This document shows positions 30,124 through 40,020 of a stretch of 64,000 nucleotides of DNA, piece by piece. The notes beneath the pieces were generated by a model. The model did not search any database. It was not told where the DNA came from and saw only the letters and a program-made list of their open reading frames with translations. The position numbers and the translations under genes are program-made. The DNA lies in NCBI GenBank assembly GCA_963735595.1, contig CAVTLK010000004.1, positions 448,001 through 512,000 of the forward strand, given 5' to 3'. This stretch comes from an uncultured delta proteobacterium (GTDB lineage: Bacteria > Desulfobacterota > Zymogenia > Zymogenales > Zymogenaceae). The stretch's first letter is position 1. Each line of letters opens with the position of its first letter.

Positions 30124-30150
30124 TTAGCACTCACCTCTGTCGAGTGCTAA
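30124..30150. promoter_or_regulatory. CIRCE element (HrcA operator)
   Basis: Perfect TTAGCACTC-N9-GAGTGCTAA upstream of groES. Confidence 0.97.
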
Positions 30151-30341
30151 CGTTTTTGGTCCGGAAATGTATGCGTTATTCATTATTTCCTCCGGCGCGG
30201 CCGCCCGCCTGCGGCGTCCCGGCCTGTTGTGCTACCGTTCCATTGTGTCATTTCGTCATTGCGCCATTGAGATATAGAGGCAACAGCGCCGCGCGAGCGG
30301 CCTATGGTTTTATGTAACACTAAATAAGAAAGGAGTGGGCT

Positions 30342-30632
30342 ATGAAGATCAGACCACTGCAGGACCGCGTCATTGTCAAGCGGGTCGAGGAGGAAGAGAA
30401 GACCAAGGGAGGCATCATCATCCCCGATAGCGCGAAGGAAAAGCCCGTCGAGGGCCTGGTTATGGCCGTCGGCAAGGGCAAGGTCCTTGAGAACGGCACA
30501 AAGCTCGATATGAGCGTCAAGGTCGGCGACCGGATTCTCTTTTCCAAGTACGCCGGAAACGAGGTCAAGATCGACGGCGTCGAACACCTCATTATGCGAG
30601 AGGATGACATCCTCGGCATCATCGAAAAGTAA
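30342..30632 (+). CDS. groES: co-chaperonin GroES
   Basis: [23 protein letters not shown] and REDDILG motifs. Confidence 0.98.
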   Translation: MKIRPLQDRVIVKRVEEEEKTKGGIIIPDSAKEKPVEGLVMAVGKGKVLENGTKLDMSVKVGDRILFSKYAGNEVKIDGVEHLIMREDDILGIIEK

Positions 30633-32288
<1,656 letters not shown>

Positions 32289-32299
32289 TCGTCCCTGTC

Positions 32300-32331
32300 A
32301 AGGCCCCGTCAATGACGGGGCCTTTCTTTTT
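32300..32331 (+). terminator. intrinsic terminator after groEL
   Basis: AAGGCCCCGTC-AAT-GACGGGGCCTT followed by TCTTTTT. Confidence 0.85.
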
Positions 32332-32525
32332 CCCAAAAAGACCCGCCTATTAGCCAATGGACTATTGACTATTAGACCATTAGACTATCCCCGGTACGGC
32401 TACCATAGGTCGTGCCGGTGCCCCGGCAAAAATGAGGAATTACGCCGTCAGATATTTGTGGTATACTGCAAGAATTCTCTTGCGAAGTGTCTTATTTGCC
32501 TTAAACCATTAGGAAGTGAGTTTCT

Positions 32526-33071
32526 ATGAAAAAGACGGTTTGGTTTGGACTTTTCATGATGATGATAGCGTTCTCGGCGTACCTGGCGCGCGCGGCCGAG
32601 GGGCCGACCTATATGGAGCAGATCCAGGCCAGGAACACGATCATTGCCGAGGCTACCGAGCGCATCAAAAAGGACAAGGAGGATATCGACGCGTATTACG
32701 CGAGGGGCAGCGCCCATCGTGAGCTCGGCCAACTTTATATCCTCATGTACGGCGGGGTTTCCACGGATCAGAATTCAGTGATCAAGACGGAGTTCGAGGC
32801 GGCGGTTACCGACCTGACGACCGCCATCGACCTGAAGCCTGATTTGGTCAACGCATATATCAGCAGGGGGATGGCCTACGGCCAGCTGGGATTGTCCGCG
32901 GCGGCTATAGCCGACTTTACCCACGTCATCGACATCGATCCGAAAAATTCAGGCGCCTATTACGTGCGGGGAAGGGAGTATTGGGAAGCCGGGGACTACC
33001 TCAAGGCCAAGGAAGACTACGACAAGGCGGTTGAGCTGGATCCTCAGTGGAAGGATAATTTCTATAGATGA
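32526..33071 (+). CDS. exported TPR protein
   Basis: Signal peptide; AYYARGSA, AYISRGMAY and AYYVRGREY TPR repeats. Confidence 0.85.
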   Translation: MKKTVWFGLFMMMIAFSAYLARAAEGPTYMEQIQARNTIIAEATERIKKDKEDIDAYYARGSAHRELGQLYILMYGGVSTDQNSVIKTEFEAAVTDLTTAIDLKPDLVNAYISRGMAYGQLGLSAAAIADFTHVIDIDPKNSGAYYVRGREYWEAGDYLKAKEDYDKAVELDPQWKDNFYR

Positions 33072-33204
33072 CCGGACGCTCCTGGCTCTCGGACCTCTGG
33101 ATGTACGGCGGCAACGACCGGTCGGCGGGATTTGCGGGCGTACCCGGGGCCGTCTCACATATAACTGCGGGCGCGCCTATCCGCGGCCCGACGAGATCGG
33201 CCGG

Positions 33205-33597
33205 TTAATAGTTTCTGTCCAGCTCCAATTCAATATAGCGGAAGAGATCGTCGAGATCCATGCTATAGCCTGCGGTCGAACCGGGTATGAACTGGGGCGG
33301 GACGTCCTTGTTCATATCAACCCACGTGTTTCCCCCCTCTTCCCGAAACGTGAGGATAACGGCAATCGGCATTCCGGGAATCGTCGCGCCTTTTATGGCC
33401 CTGATAAAATATTCGGTCATGTTGATCTCGGTGATCTCGTAGTCCTGCTCGATGAGCACCGTTTTTGCGGCGGCGAGGACTTCCTTGGGGGGGTGGGCGT
33501 AGTACATGCTGCGAACGCCGCGTTTTCCGGCGGGGCCGTGTGCGCACGAGGAGAGCACCATAATGACCGCGATGAAAAAGAGAAGTGTCTTTCTCAT
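33205..33597 (-). CDS. hypothetical lipoprotein
   Basis: MRKTLLFFIAVIMVLSSC lipobox. Confidence 0.75.
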   Translation of the reverse strand: MRKTLLFFIAVIMVLSSCAHGPAGKRGVRSMYYAHPPKEVLAAAKTVLIEQDYEITEINMTEYFIRAIKGATIPGMPIAVILTFREEGGNTWVDMNKDVPPQFIPGSTAGYSMDLDDLFRYIELELDRNY

Positions 33598-33669
33598 ACC
33601 GCCCCTCACACGATGAATCCAGCTAAATAGCGTCGGCCTCTACTCCCGCCCGCACCGTACCCGCGGGCG

Positions 33670-34461
33670 TCAGTCTTTAAAATTGAGATTCTCCTCGAAT
33701 ACTTTATAGTCCGCCTTTTCCTTCATTTCCTCAAGGTAGCTGTTGACCAGATCGTCCCGCTTTTCGGTGGTAAATTTCTCCATCAGGCGGTCCTTATCGA
33801 CCAGCTCGATAAGGTGAAAACCGAACTGGGTCTGGACGATAGGGCTGATATCACCCGGTTTCGTGAGCTCAAAGGCGGCCTTGTCGAATTCCTCGACCAT
33901 ATCTCCCCGCTTGAAGTATCCGAGGTCTCCCCCTTCCGACGCGGTGGGGCAGATGGAGTTCTCCCGGGCCAGTTTCGCGAAGTCTTCGCCGTCGGCGAGG
34001 AGCTTCTGGATCTTCTCCGCCTCTTCCTTGGTCTTGACGAGGATGTGCCGTACCCGTATGGTCTCGGCATTGTCGAAGGCGTCCTTATTCTCTTTATAGA
34101 AGGCGTCTTTTTCTTCGTCGGCCGGAGACAACCCCCCTTCAACCTTGCGCTGGAGGAATTCCTCGATTACCACCTTCTTTTTTGAGTCCTCTATCCGGTT
34201 GAGGATGACGGGCTCCTTAGTAATACCTTCCTTTTCGGCCTCGTGGTAGATGATTTCCCTCAGGACCAGCGAGTCAAGGTAACGCTTCTTACCTTCCGGT
34301 GACGCAACGAACGGCGTTGCGTCGGGAGGCAGCGAATCGTACTTCTCGCGAAACTCCTTGGCCGATATGGACCACCCATCCCCCTCCGCCACCTTTTTTG
34401 AACAGGAGACAGAGAAGATCAACGTAACGGCTGCGACAAGCAGGATAATATTTCGTACCAT
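33670..34461 (-). CDS. PpiC/PrsA-type peptidylprolyl isomerase lipoprotein
   Basis: Lipobox SVSC; RVRHILV, GGDLGYF and QFGFHLI rotamase motifs; ATG at 34461. Confidence 0.9.
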   Translation of the reverse strand: MVRNIILLVAAVTLIFSVSCSKKVAEGDGWSISAKEFREKYDSLPPDATPFVASPEGKKRYLDSLVLREIIYHEAEKEGITKEPVILNRIEDSKKKVVIEEFLQRKVEGGLSPADEEKDAFYKENKDAFDNAETIRVRHILVKTKEEAEKIQKLLADGEDFAKLARENSICPTASEGGDLGYFKRGDMVEEFDKAAFELTKPGDISPIVQTQFGFHLIELVDKDRLMEKFTTEKRDDLVNSYLEEMKEKADYKVFEENLNFKD

Positions 34462-34555
34462 GGTGCTTTCTCCTTTCCCGGCAAGTGTATCCGGGATACG
34501 GCACGATGTCAAGGGTATAGTAGGACGCGGTGCCGCCGGCCCGCCTACCTGCGTC

Positions 34556-34584
34556 TTGACACAGCAACGTAAATGCCCTACACT
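34556..34584 (+). promoter_or_regulatory. sigma-70 promoter of hpt
   Basis: TTGACA-N17-TACACT. Confidence 0.7.
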
Positions 34585-34648
34585 GATATAAAGCGTTCCC
34601 GGGATTGAGGAGTTTAGTGTAAGGCCACGGACGATTTCGAGGATCGAT

Positions 34649-35182
34649 GTGACGATGAGCAAGAACATCCTGTTTTCCCGGCAGGCCATCGAAGAGGCGA
34701 TTACGGATCTGGCCCGGCGGATTAACGCGGATTACCGCGGGAAGCCTCTTGTTTTGGTGGGGATACTCAAGGGGAGCTTTGTCTTTTTGGCCGACCTCAT
34801 CCGTAAGCTTGACCTGGACGTAACGGTGGATTTCGTGGTACTGGGTTCCTACGGCTCGGGCACCACGACCTCCGGCGAGGTCAAGATGCTCAAGGACCTG
34901 TCGGCCCCCATCGAGGGGAAGGACGTGTTGGTAGTGGAGGATATCGTCGATACGGGCATTACCCTTACATATTTCATGGATATCCTCAGGCGGAGACGAC
35001 CGGCGTCCCTGGCGATCTGCGCGCTGATAGATAAGAAGGCCCGGCGCGAGGTTCAGATCGACGTCCAATACGTGGGCATTGAGATGGAAGACGGGTTTAT
35101 TGTCGGGTACGGCATCGACTGCAACGAGCAGTATAGGAATCTCCCGGATATATGGGTCCTCCGGGATCAGGAAGGCAGTTAG
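34649..35182 (+). CDS. hpt: hypoxanthine phosphoribosyltransferase
   Basis: GILKGS, VLVVEDIVDTGITL and FIVGYGID...YRNLP motifs. Confidence 0.95.
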   Translation: MTMSKNILFSRQAIEEAITDLARRINADYRGKPLVLVGILKGSFVFLADLIRKLDLDVTVDFVVLGSYGSGTTTSGEVKMLKDLSAPIEGKDVLVVEDIVDTGITLTYFMDILRRRRPASLAICALIDKKARREVQIDVQYVGIEMEDGFIVGYGIDCNEQYRNLPDIWVLRDQEGS

Positions 35183-35221
35183 TTAGGGCCGTTGGGCTCG
35201 GGACGGCGAGAGGCGCAGTAT

Positions 35222-35782
35222 ATGGATATCGTTAAAACCCCCGATGGGCTGACTATTTGCCCGAAATGCGCCGCCGCCGTCCCCGAGGGCGCAAACGACT
35301 GTCCCTCCTGCGGCGCGCCGCTCATTGTCGGGCGTCGTCTTCCCGGCGCTATGGCGGGGCCGAAGGTGGGATTTGAATACAAGAGCCCCTTGACCATTTA
35401 TGGATGGCCGCTGATCCACGTCGCCTTTGGGAAGGACGAGAGCGGGAAGTTCCGTATTGCCAAGGGGATTATTGCCGTCGGCCAGTTCGGGATCGGTCTT
35501 ATTACGTTCGCCCAGATAGGGCTGGGGATTCTCTTCGGCTTTGGCCAGCTTACGGCGGGGCTTATCGCCGTGGGGCAGATGGCGCCGGCCGCCATTTTCG
35601 GGATCGGCCAGTTCACGACGGGCCACATAGCCATAGGCCAATTCGCGATCGGGGACTGGGTCCTGGCCCAGATCGGCTTTGGCGTCCATACCTGGACGTC
35701 GATGTCACGCGACCCGGAGGCGGTGGCATATTTTACCGGAATGTGGGAGTCTATCAAGGGAATCATCTATTCTGTTTTTTAA
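35222..35782 (+). CDS. zinc-ribbon protein with Gly-rich membrane repeats
   Basis: CPKC...CPSC; GWPLIHVAFG; repeated (I/V)GQF-like units. Confidence 0.75.
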   Translation: MDIVKTPDGLTICPKCAAAVPEGANDCPSCGAPLIVGRRLPGAMAGPKVGFEYKSPLTIYGWPLIHVAFGKDESGKFRIAKGIIAVGQFGIGLITFAQIGLGILFGFGQLTAGLIAVGQMAPAAIFGIGQFTTGHIAIGQFAIGDWVLAQIGFGVHTWTSMSRDPEAVAYFTGMWESIKGIIYSVF

Positions 35783-35794
35783 CGGGAGGAAGAG

Positions 35795-36172
35795 ATGGCG
35801 CGAGAAAAGAAATCAAAGGAGAAGAAGGCCCTGCGTATCGCTGCCGCGACGATTCTCGGGGCCGTTGCGGGGATCGTCTGCTGGCAGCTGGGAAAATCCA
35901 GCGACAAGATTACGCTCGATCTCCCCATGATCCTGGGCATCATCGCCAACCGGACGTTACTCGGCTTTATTATCGGAATTTCGGGCCTCAGGGGCCTCAA
36001 CTACCTGGCGCACGGCGTGATTATCGGCCTCGTCGCCACGATCCCGATGTCGATCTACCCGCTGGCCGGCGGAGACGTGGCATCATTCGCGCTTCTGGAG
36101 GCCGCCGGGGCAGTCTACGGGCTTCTGATAGAGCTGGTCGTCACCAAACTCCTGAAGGCCCCGATGGCCTGA
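35795..36172 (+). CDS. hypothetical 4-TM membrane protein
   Basis: SD GGAGG; four hydrophobic segments. Confidence 0.75.
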   Translation: MAREKKSKEKKALRIAAATILGAVAGIVCWQLGKSSDKITLDLPMILGIIANRTLLGFIIGISGLRGLNYLAHGVIIGLVATIPMSIYPLAGGDVASFALLEAAGAVYGLLIELVVTKLLKAPMA

Positions 36173-36218
36173 CGGGCGGGTTAAACCGGACAATCTTATA
36201 TTTAGTACGGGAGACAAG

Positions 36219-36410
36219 ATGTCGGACGATTTACAGGCAACGGGCCCGGGGCCGGCCGAGGGCGGCAGTGAGCCTCAGCAGAAGAAGCGCACGTGGCTGG
36301 TGTGCTGCTGCATCGGCTGTTCTGTGGCGTTTCTCACGCTCGTTGTGGTTTCACTTCTCTATGTTTCTCTTCTACCGGCGTTCCTTCGCGAGCTTATCGT
36401 GCCCAAGTAG
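36219..36410 (+). CDS. small single-TM protein (63 aa)
   Basis: SD GGGAG; KKRTWLVCCCIGC followed by a TM helix. Confidence 0.55.
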   Translation: MSDDLQATGPGPAEGGSEPQQKKRTWLVCCCIGCSVAFLTLVVVSLLYVSLLPAFLRELIVPK

Positions 36411-36508
36411 CGCCATGTGAGAGGCCAGAGGCAGGGTGGACCGCAGTCTCGTCGGTCTGCTGGAGCTTCCGACGTGCAGCAAGGCAGAACGGCCTCCGCA
36501 AGGAAGGC

Positions 36509-36545
36509 AAAAAAAAGACCGGACGCGTAAGCACGCGTCCGTTTT
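36509..36545. terminator. bidirectional intrinsic terminator
   Basis: A-tract, CGGACGCGT-AAGC-ACGCGTCCG, T-tract. Confidence 0.65.
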
Positions 36546-36565
36546 GTTATGAACGGGCCCTTTTG

Positions 36566-36676
36566 CCAGCGGTACCTTCCGTATTTCCGCACGCACCTGA
36601 TCATCATCTTGAGGTTCTCGGGCTTCGTGTTTGGCGGAGTCTCGAAACCGGAGGAGAGAATAAATCCGCCCGCCGG
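36566..36676 (-). pseudogene. 3'-terminal relic of a URO-D family gene
   Basis: Encodes GGFILSSGFETPPNTKPENLKMMIRCVRKYGRYR, near-identical to the C-terminus of 37630-38730; stop TGA replaced by TGG. Confidence 0.85.
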
Positions 36677-36770
36677 CCCTGGCGTAAGGGCATGATCGCC
36701 GGGACTTTGGCCTGGCTGTAATGATCTCGGACATCGGCGCAAACAAAATCACGCCGCGTCAGAATTACCC

Positions 36771-36799
36771 TTTACACGAACGAGATTTTAAAATAGAAT
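36771..36799 (+). promoter_or_regulatory. sigma-70 promoter of the V4R gene
   Basis: TTTACA-N17-TAGAAT. Confidence 0.6.
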
Positions 36800-36952
36800 A
36801 TGCCAGTAACTAACTAATATCGTTAGCATATTAGGCCGAGGGCATATCGCTAATGCCTTCATGTGTCTGCTTGTCAGCGATAGATACATCCAGATTCTTC
36901 CGAATGCACTCATTATGACCGACACCTACCGTTTAGACAAGGAGAAAGACAC

Positions 36953-37543
36953 ATGACAGACGACAAGAAAATGGCAACATGTATTGCGATCAGAGCTACT
37001 GTGGACGGTATCGTCGAAATTCTGGGAGATAACGGCGCCAAGGTTGTTTTGCGCACCTCGGGCCATCCCGAGTTTTCCGATCAACCACCGCCGTATACCT
37101 GGGACCCCTGTATTACGGTCAAGGAACAGTCCGAGCTCTATTACCAGGTGGCCAAGCTCGTAGGTATCAACGGCGCTATCGGTATCTGGCGGCGTATCGG
37201 TTATACTGCCTTTCGCTACGCCGATGAAAAGGGTCGCGGTCTCGATAACCTGAAGGGACTTGCGCCCGGCGAGCTTTTTAAGAAGGGAATGGAGCTCTAT
37301 TCCGCCGCGACCGGCAGGGGAAAGGTCATCGATAAGGGCGACGACCCGGCCGATTTCGACGTATATAACTGTACGCTGTGTGAGCGGTTTAAAACAGACC
37401 GGGCCATCTGCACGGGATTCGGGGGGGTAATGCAATATATGGCCGACCGTGCCTACGGTAAAGGCGCCTTACTGGTACGGGAGACGGAGTGTATGGCCAG
37501 GGGAGATAAGACCTGCTATTTTGTCCTCGAACCGGCTCAATAG
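36953..37543 (+). CDS. V4R (4-vinyl reductase) domain protein
   Basis: EILGDNGA, CTLC...IC and ETECMARGDKTCYF motifs. Confidence 0.85.
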   Translation: MTDDKKMATCIAIRATVDGIVEILGDNGAKVVLRTSGHPEFSDQPPPYTWDPCITVKEQSELYYQVAKLVGINGAIGIWRRIGYTAFRYADEKGRGLDNLKGLAPGELFKKGMELYSAATGRGKVIDKGDDPADFDVYNCTLCERFKTDRAICTGFGGVMQYMADRAYGKGALLVRETECMARGDKTCYFVLEPAQ

Positions 37544-37559
37544 CAGAATAGCATAGGCG

Positions 37560-37594
37560 AACGCCCTGCCGGTTTACCCGAGCAGGGCGTTTTT
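37560..37594 (+). terminator. intrinsic terminator between convergent genes
   Basis: AACGCCCTGC...GCAGGGCGTT followed by TTT. Confidence 0.65.
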
Positions 37595-37629
37595 GGTATT
37601 CGGTGGGTGGCCCGATCGTCAACAGGCCG

Positions 37630-38730
37630 TCAGCGGTACCTTCCGTATTCCCGAGCGCATTTTATCATCATTTTAAGGTTTTCGGGCTTCGTGTTGGGCG
37701 GGGCTTCGCACCCGGATGACAAAATAAAGCCGCCCCCCGGCGCGCAGTCATCGATGAACTGTTTGCACTCCCGCTCTACCTCGGCCGCCGTTCCCGTCGC
37801 CAGCGTCAGTGGGCCCACCATCCCCTTGATGCACATGATATGCCCCACCGTTTTCTTCGCAAGCTTCATATCCGTCACGTCAAGCTCCATGACGTATTTC
37901 TTCGGCGTCAGGTCGGTAAAGTGACCAAGCAGCGGCCCCCAGTTGCCGTCCAGGTGGAGCAGCACCTTGAATCCTGCGGCGGTAAAAGACTCCGCCATCT
38001 CTTTATACCAGGGCCACTGGATCTTTTCGAAAATCTTCGGATTCATGAAGCTCGTCGAAAACTTCAATGACGGCATGAAGATAAACTCAGCCTTGAGCAG
38101 CTTTGCCAGCTGGATCGACCGTGCAATGAAGACCTTGTTGTATTTCTCGTTGAGCTCGATGAGCTTTTCGGGACGCTTCCTGATGTCGATGAAGCCCTGG
38201 TTGGCCCTCAAGAACAGCATGATCTCGGCCGGGGTGTAGCAGACCATGTCCCCGAAGGGGACGACATCCCAGTCCCTTCTAACGATTTTCATCCAGCGCA
38301 TATACTTCATGACGTCAAGGGTCAGGTTCTTGACGACACGGCCCAGGCCGATCCTGCCAAATGTCCGCACCGCCGAAAACCCCTTTGTGAGTATCGTGTC
38401 GTACAGGGTTTCGTCACCCTGGGTGACCTCGAAGAACTGGGGTATGGTATCTTCCGGAAAGCGCCAGTCAAAATAGAGCGCGGAATAGAGGACGGGATTG
38501 ATATTCGAATAGGCCAGCATCATCGGGGCGAGGTTCATTACGTCAAGCCCGTTGTCGTAAAACTCAAGGGTCTTCTTGTTGGCCCGAAAGCAGGTATCCA
38601 CGTCCCAGGCGTAATCGCTGATTCGGACGCCCGCCGTAACGGCGTTATGCCAGATCATAAACGGCCCGACCGGAACACGATCCGGCTCCTGGAGATTGAT
38701 TGCGGTTTCGACCCGCTGCCGTGCGTTCAT
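37630..38730 (-). CDS. uroporphyrinogen decarboxylase family protein (corrinoid methyltransferase-like)
   Basis: RVETAINLQEPDRVPV, LHLDGNW, CIKG and GGGFILSSGCEAP motifs; ATG at 38730. Confidence 0.88.
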   Translation of the reverse strand: MNARQRVETAINLQEPDRVPVGPFMIWHNAVTAGVRISDYAWDVDTCFRANKKTLEFYDNGLDVMNLAPMMLAYSNINPVLYSALYFDWRFPEDTIPQFFEVTQGDETLYDTILTKGFSAVRTFGRIGLGRVVKNLTLDVMKYMRWMKIVRRDWDVVPFGDMVCYTPAEIMLFLRANQGFIDIRKRPEKLIELNEKYNKVFIARSIQLAKLLKAEFIFMPSLKFSTSFMNPKIFEKIQWPWYKEMAESFTAAGFKVLLHLDGNWGPLLGHFTDLTPKKYVMELDVTDMKLAKKTVGHIMCIKGMVGPLTLATGTAAEVERECKQFIDDCAPGGGFILSSGCEAPPNTKPENLKMMIKCAREYGRYR

Positions 38731-38788
38731 TGTGTTAGTCTCCCGATTGGAATAAAAGCAAGGCGGGGAAGGGGCGCTGCCGTATTGA

Positions 38789-39853
38789 TTAGTAATCGCT
38801 GGCCCATGTGGTTTTGGCAAGGGAAATGCCGTCCCGGAAGGTATTCTTTACCTGGTACATGGCTTTATCGGCCTCGCCGATGAGCTCCTGGTAATTCGAA
38901 GCGTCCTCGGGTATCGAGGCGATACCGTAGCTGGCCGTCAGCTTTATGTTGAGCCCCTCTATCGTCAGGAATCTCTTCTCCTTGATCTTTGATCTGAGAC
39001 GCTTGGCTATCTCATAGGCCTTGGCCTTATCGGTCTTTGGAAGAATGATAACAAACTCATCGCCGCCGTACCGGATACCCTTCTGGGTGGAGTTCAGGTT
39101 TCCCTTGATAACCTCCCCCAATTCCCGAAGCGTCTTACTTCCGATCAGGTGGCCGAACTTGTCGTTAATGTTCTTAAAGTAGTCCAGGTCAATGAAGATC
39201 ATTGAGACCTGGCTCAAGTCCTTGAGCTCATCTTCACCTTCTCCGTTGAGGAGCTGGTGGAGGTAGCGGGAGTTATAGAGGCCCGTTAACTCGTCGGTCA
39301 GGATGAGCCGCCTGGCAAGCTCGTAGTAACGGGCGTTATCAAGGGCTATCGCGGTATAGTCCGCCAGAATCGACAGGATTCTCAAGTCATCCTGCGTGAA
39401 CTCCTTGTCGTCGCAGTAGTTAACCAGTTCAATGACGCCGATGGTTTTATCTTTACTGATGACCGGTACGCAGACAATGGATTTCGTCTTGAACTGGGAC
39501 AGTTTATCGGCCTTCGGTGAAAATCTCGTATCCTTGGAAACGTCCTGTACCAGCACCGGCGTACCGTGCTCTGCAACCCATCCGGCAATCCCCTCGCCGA
39601 CTTTAAGCCTAAGATCGCGGATCTTTTTGGTGTTGTCTCCGACGATTATCTCAAAGTAAAGCTCGCTCCTATCCTCGTCCACGAGCAGGAGCGACCAGTT
39701 TTTCGGATGGAGGAGAAAACTGATCTGCTGCATGATGATAGACAGGATCTCTTTGAGATCGAGGCTCGAGGTAAGGGCGCGTCCAATTTCATTAATGGTA
39801 GACAGCTCTTCATTTCTTTTCTTGATCTGTTCCCAGAAGCGCGAATCTTCCAT
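38789..39853 (-). CDS. GAF-GGDEF diguanylate cyclase
   Basis: GAF (GEGIAGWVA); DELTGLYN, DLDYFKNIND.FGH and RYGGDEF motifs. Confidence 0.93.
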   Translation of the reverse strand: MEDSRFWEQIKKRNEELSTINEIGRALTSSLDLKEILSIIMQQISFLLHPKNWSLLLVDEDRSELYFEIIVGDNTKKIRDLRLKVGEGIAGWVAEHGTPVLVQDVSKDTRFSPKADKLSQFKTKSIVCVPVISKDKTIGVIELVNYCDDKEFTQDDLRILSILADYTAIALDNARYYELARRLILTDELTGLYNSRYLHQLLNGEGEDELKDLSQVSMIFIDLDYFKNINDKFGHLIGSKTLRELGEVIKGNLNSTQKGIRYGGDEFVIILPKTDKAKAYEIAKRLRSKIKEKRFLTIEGLNIKLTASYGIASIPEDASNYQELIGEADKAMYQVKNTFRDGISLAKTTWASDY

Positions 39854-40020
39854 AACCGGCCGCTTGCCCTATAAGACTGGAATATTTCTCACAAAATTAT
39901 ATCCTCGAACTATTTGAAATACAAGCTTATATCATCGGCAGGGGTATTTTTGCTTGTAATACTCCATCCGGGTGATATAATTGACGCACCGAACCGATTA
40001 GATTAGGAGAGGGAGACCCC

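Noticed and set aside
38815..38829. GG-N10-GC sigma-54-like motif
   Set aside because: Lies inside a minus-strand gene, points at no + strand gene, and matches poorly at -12.
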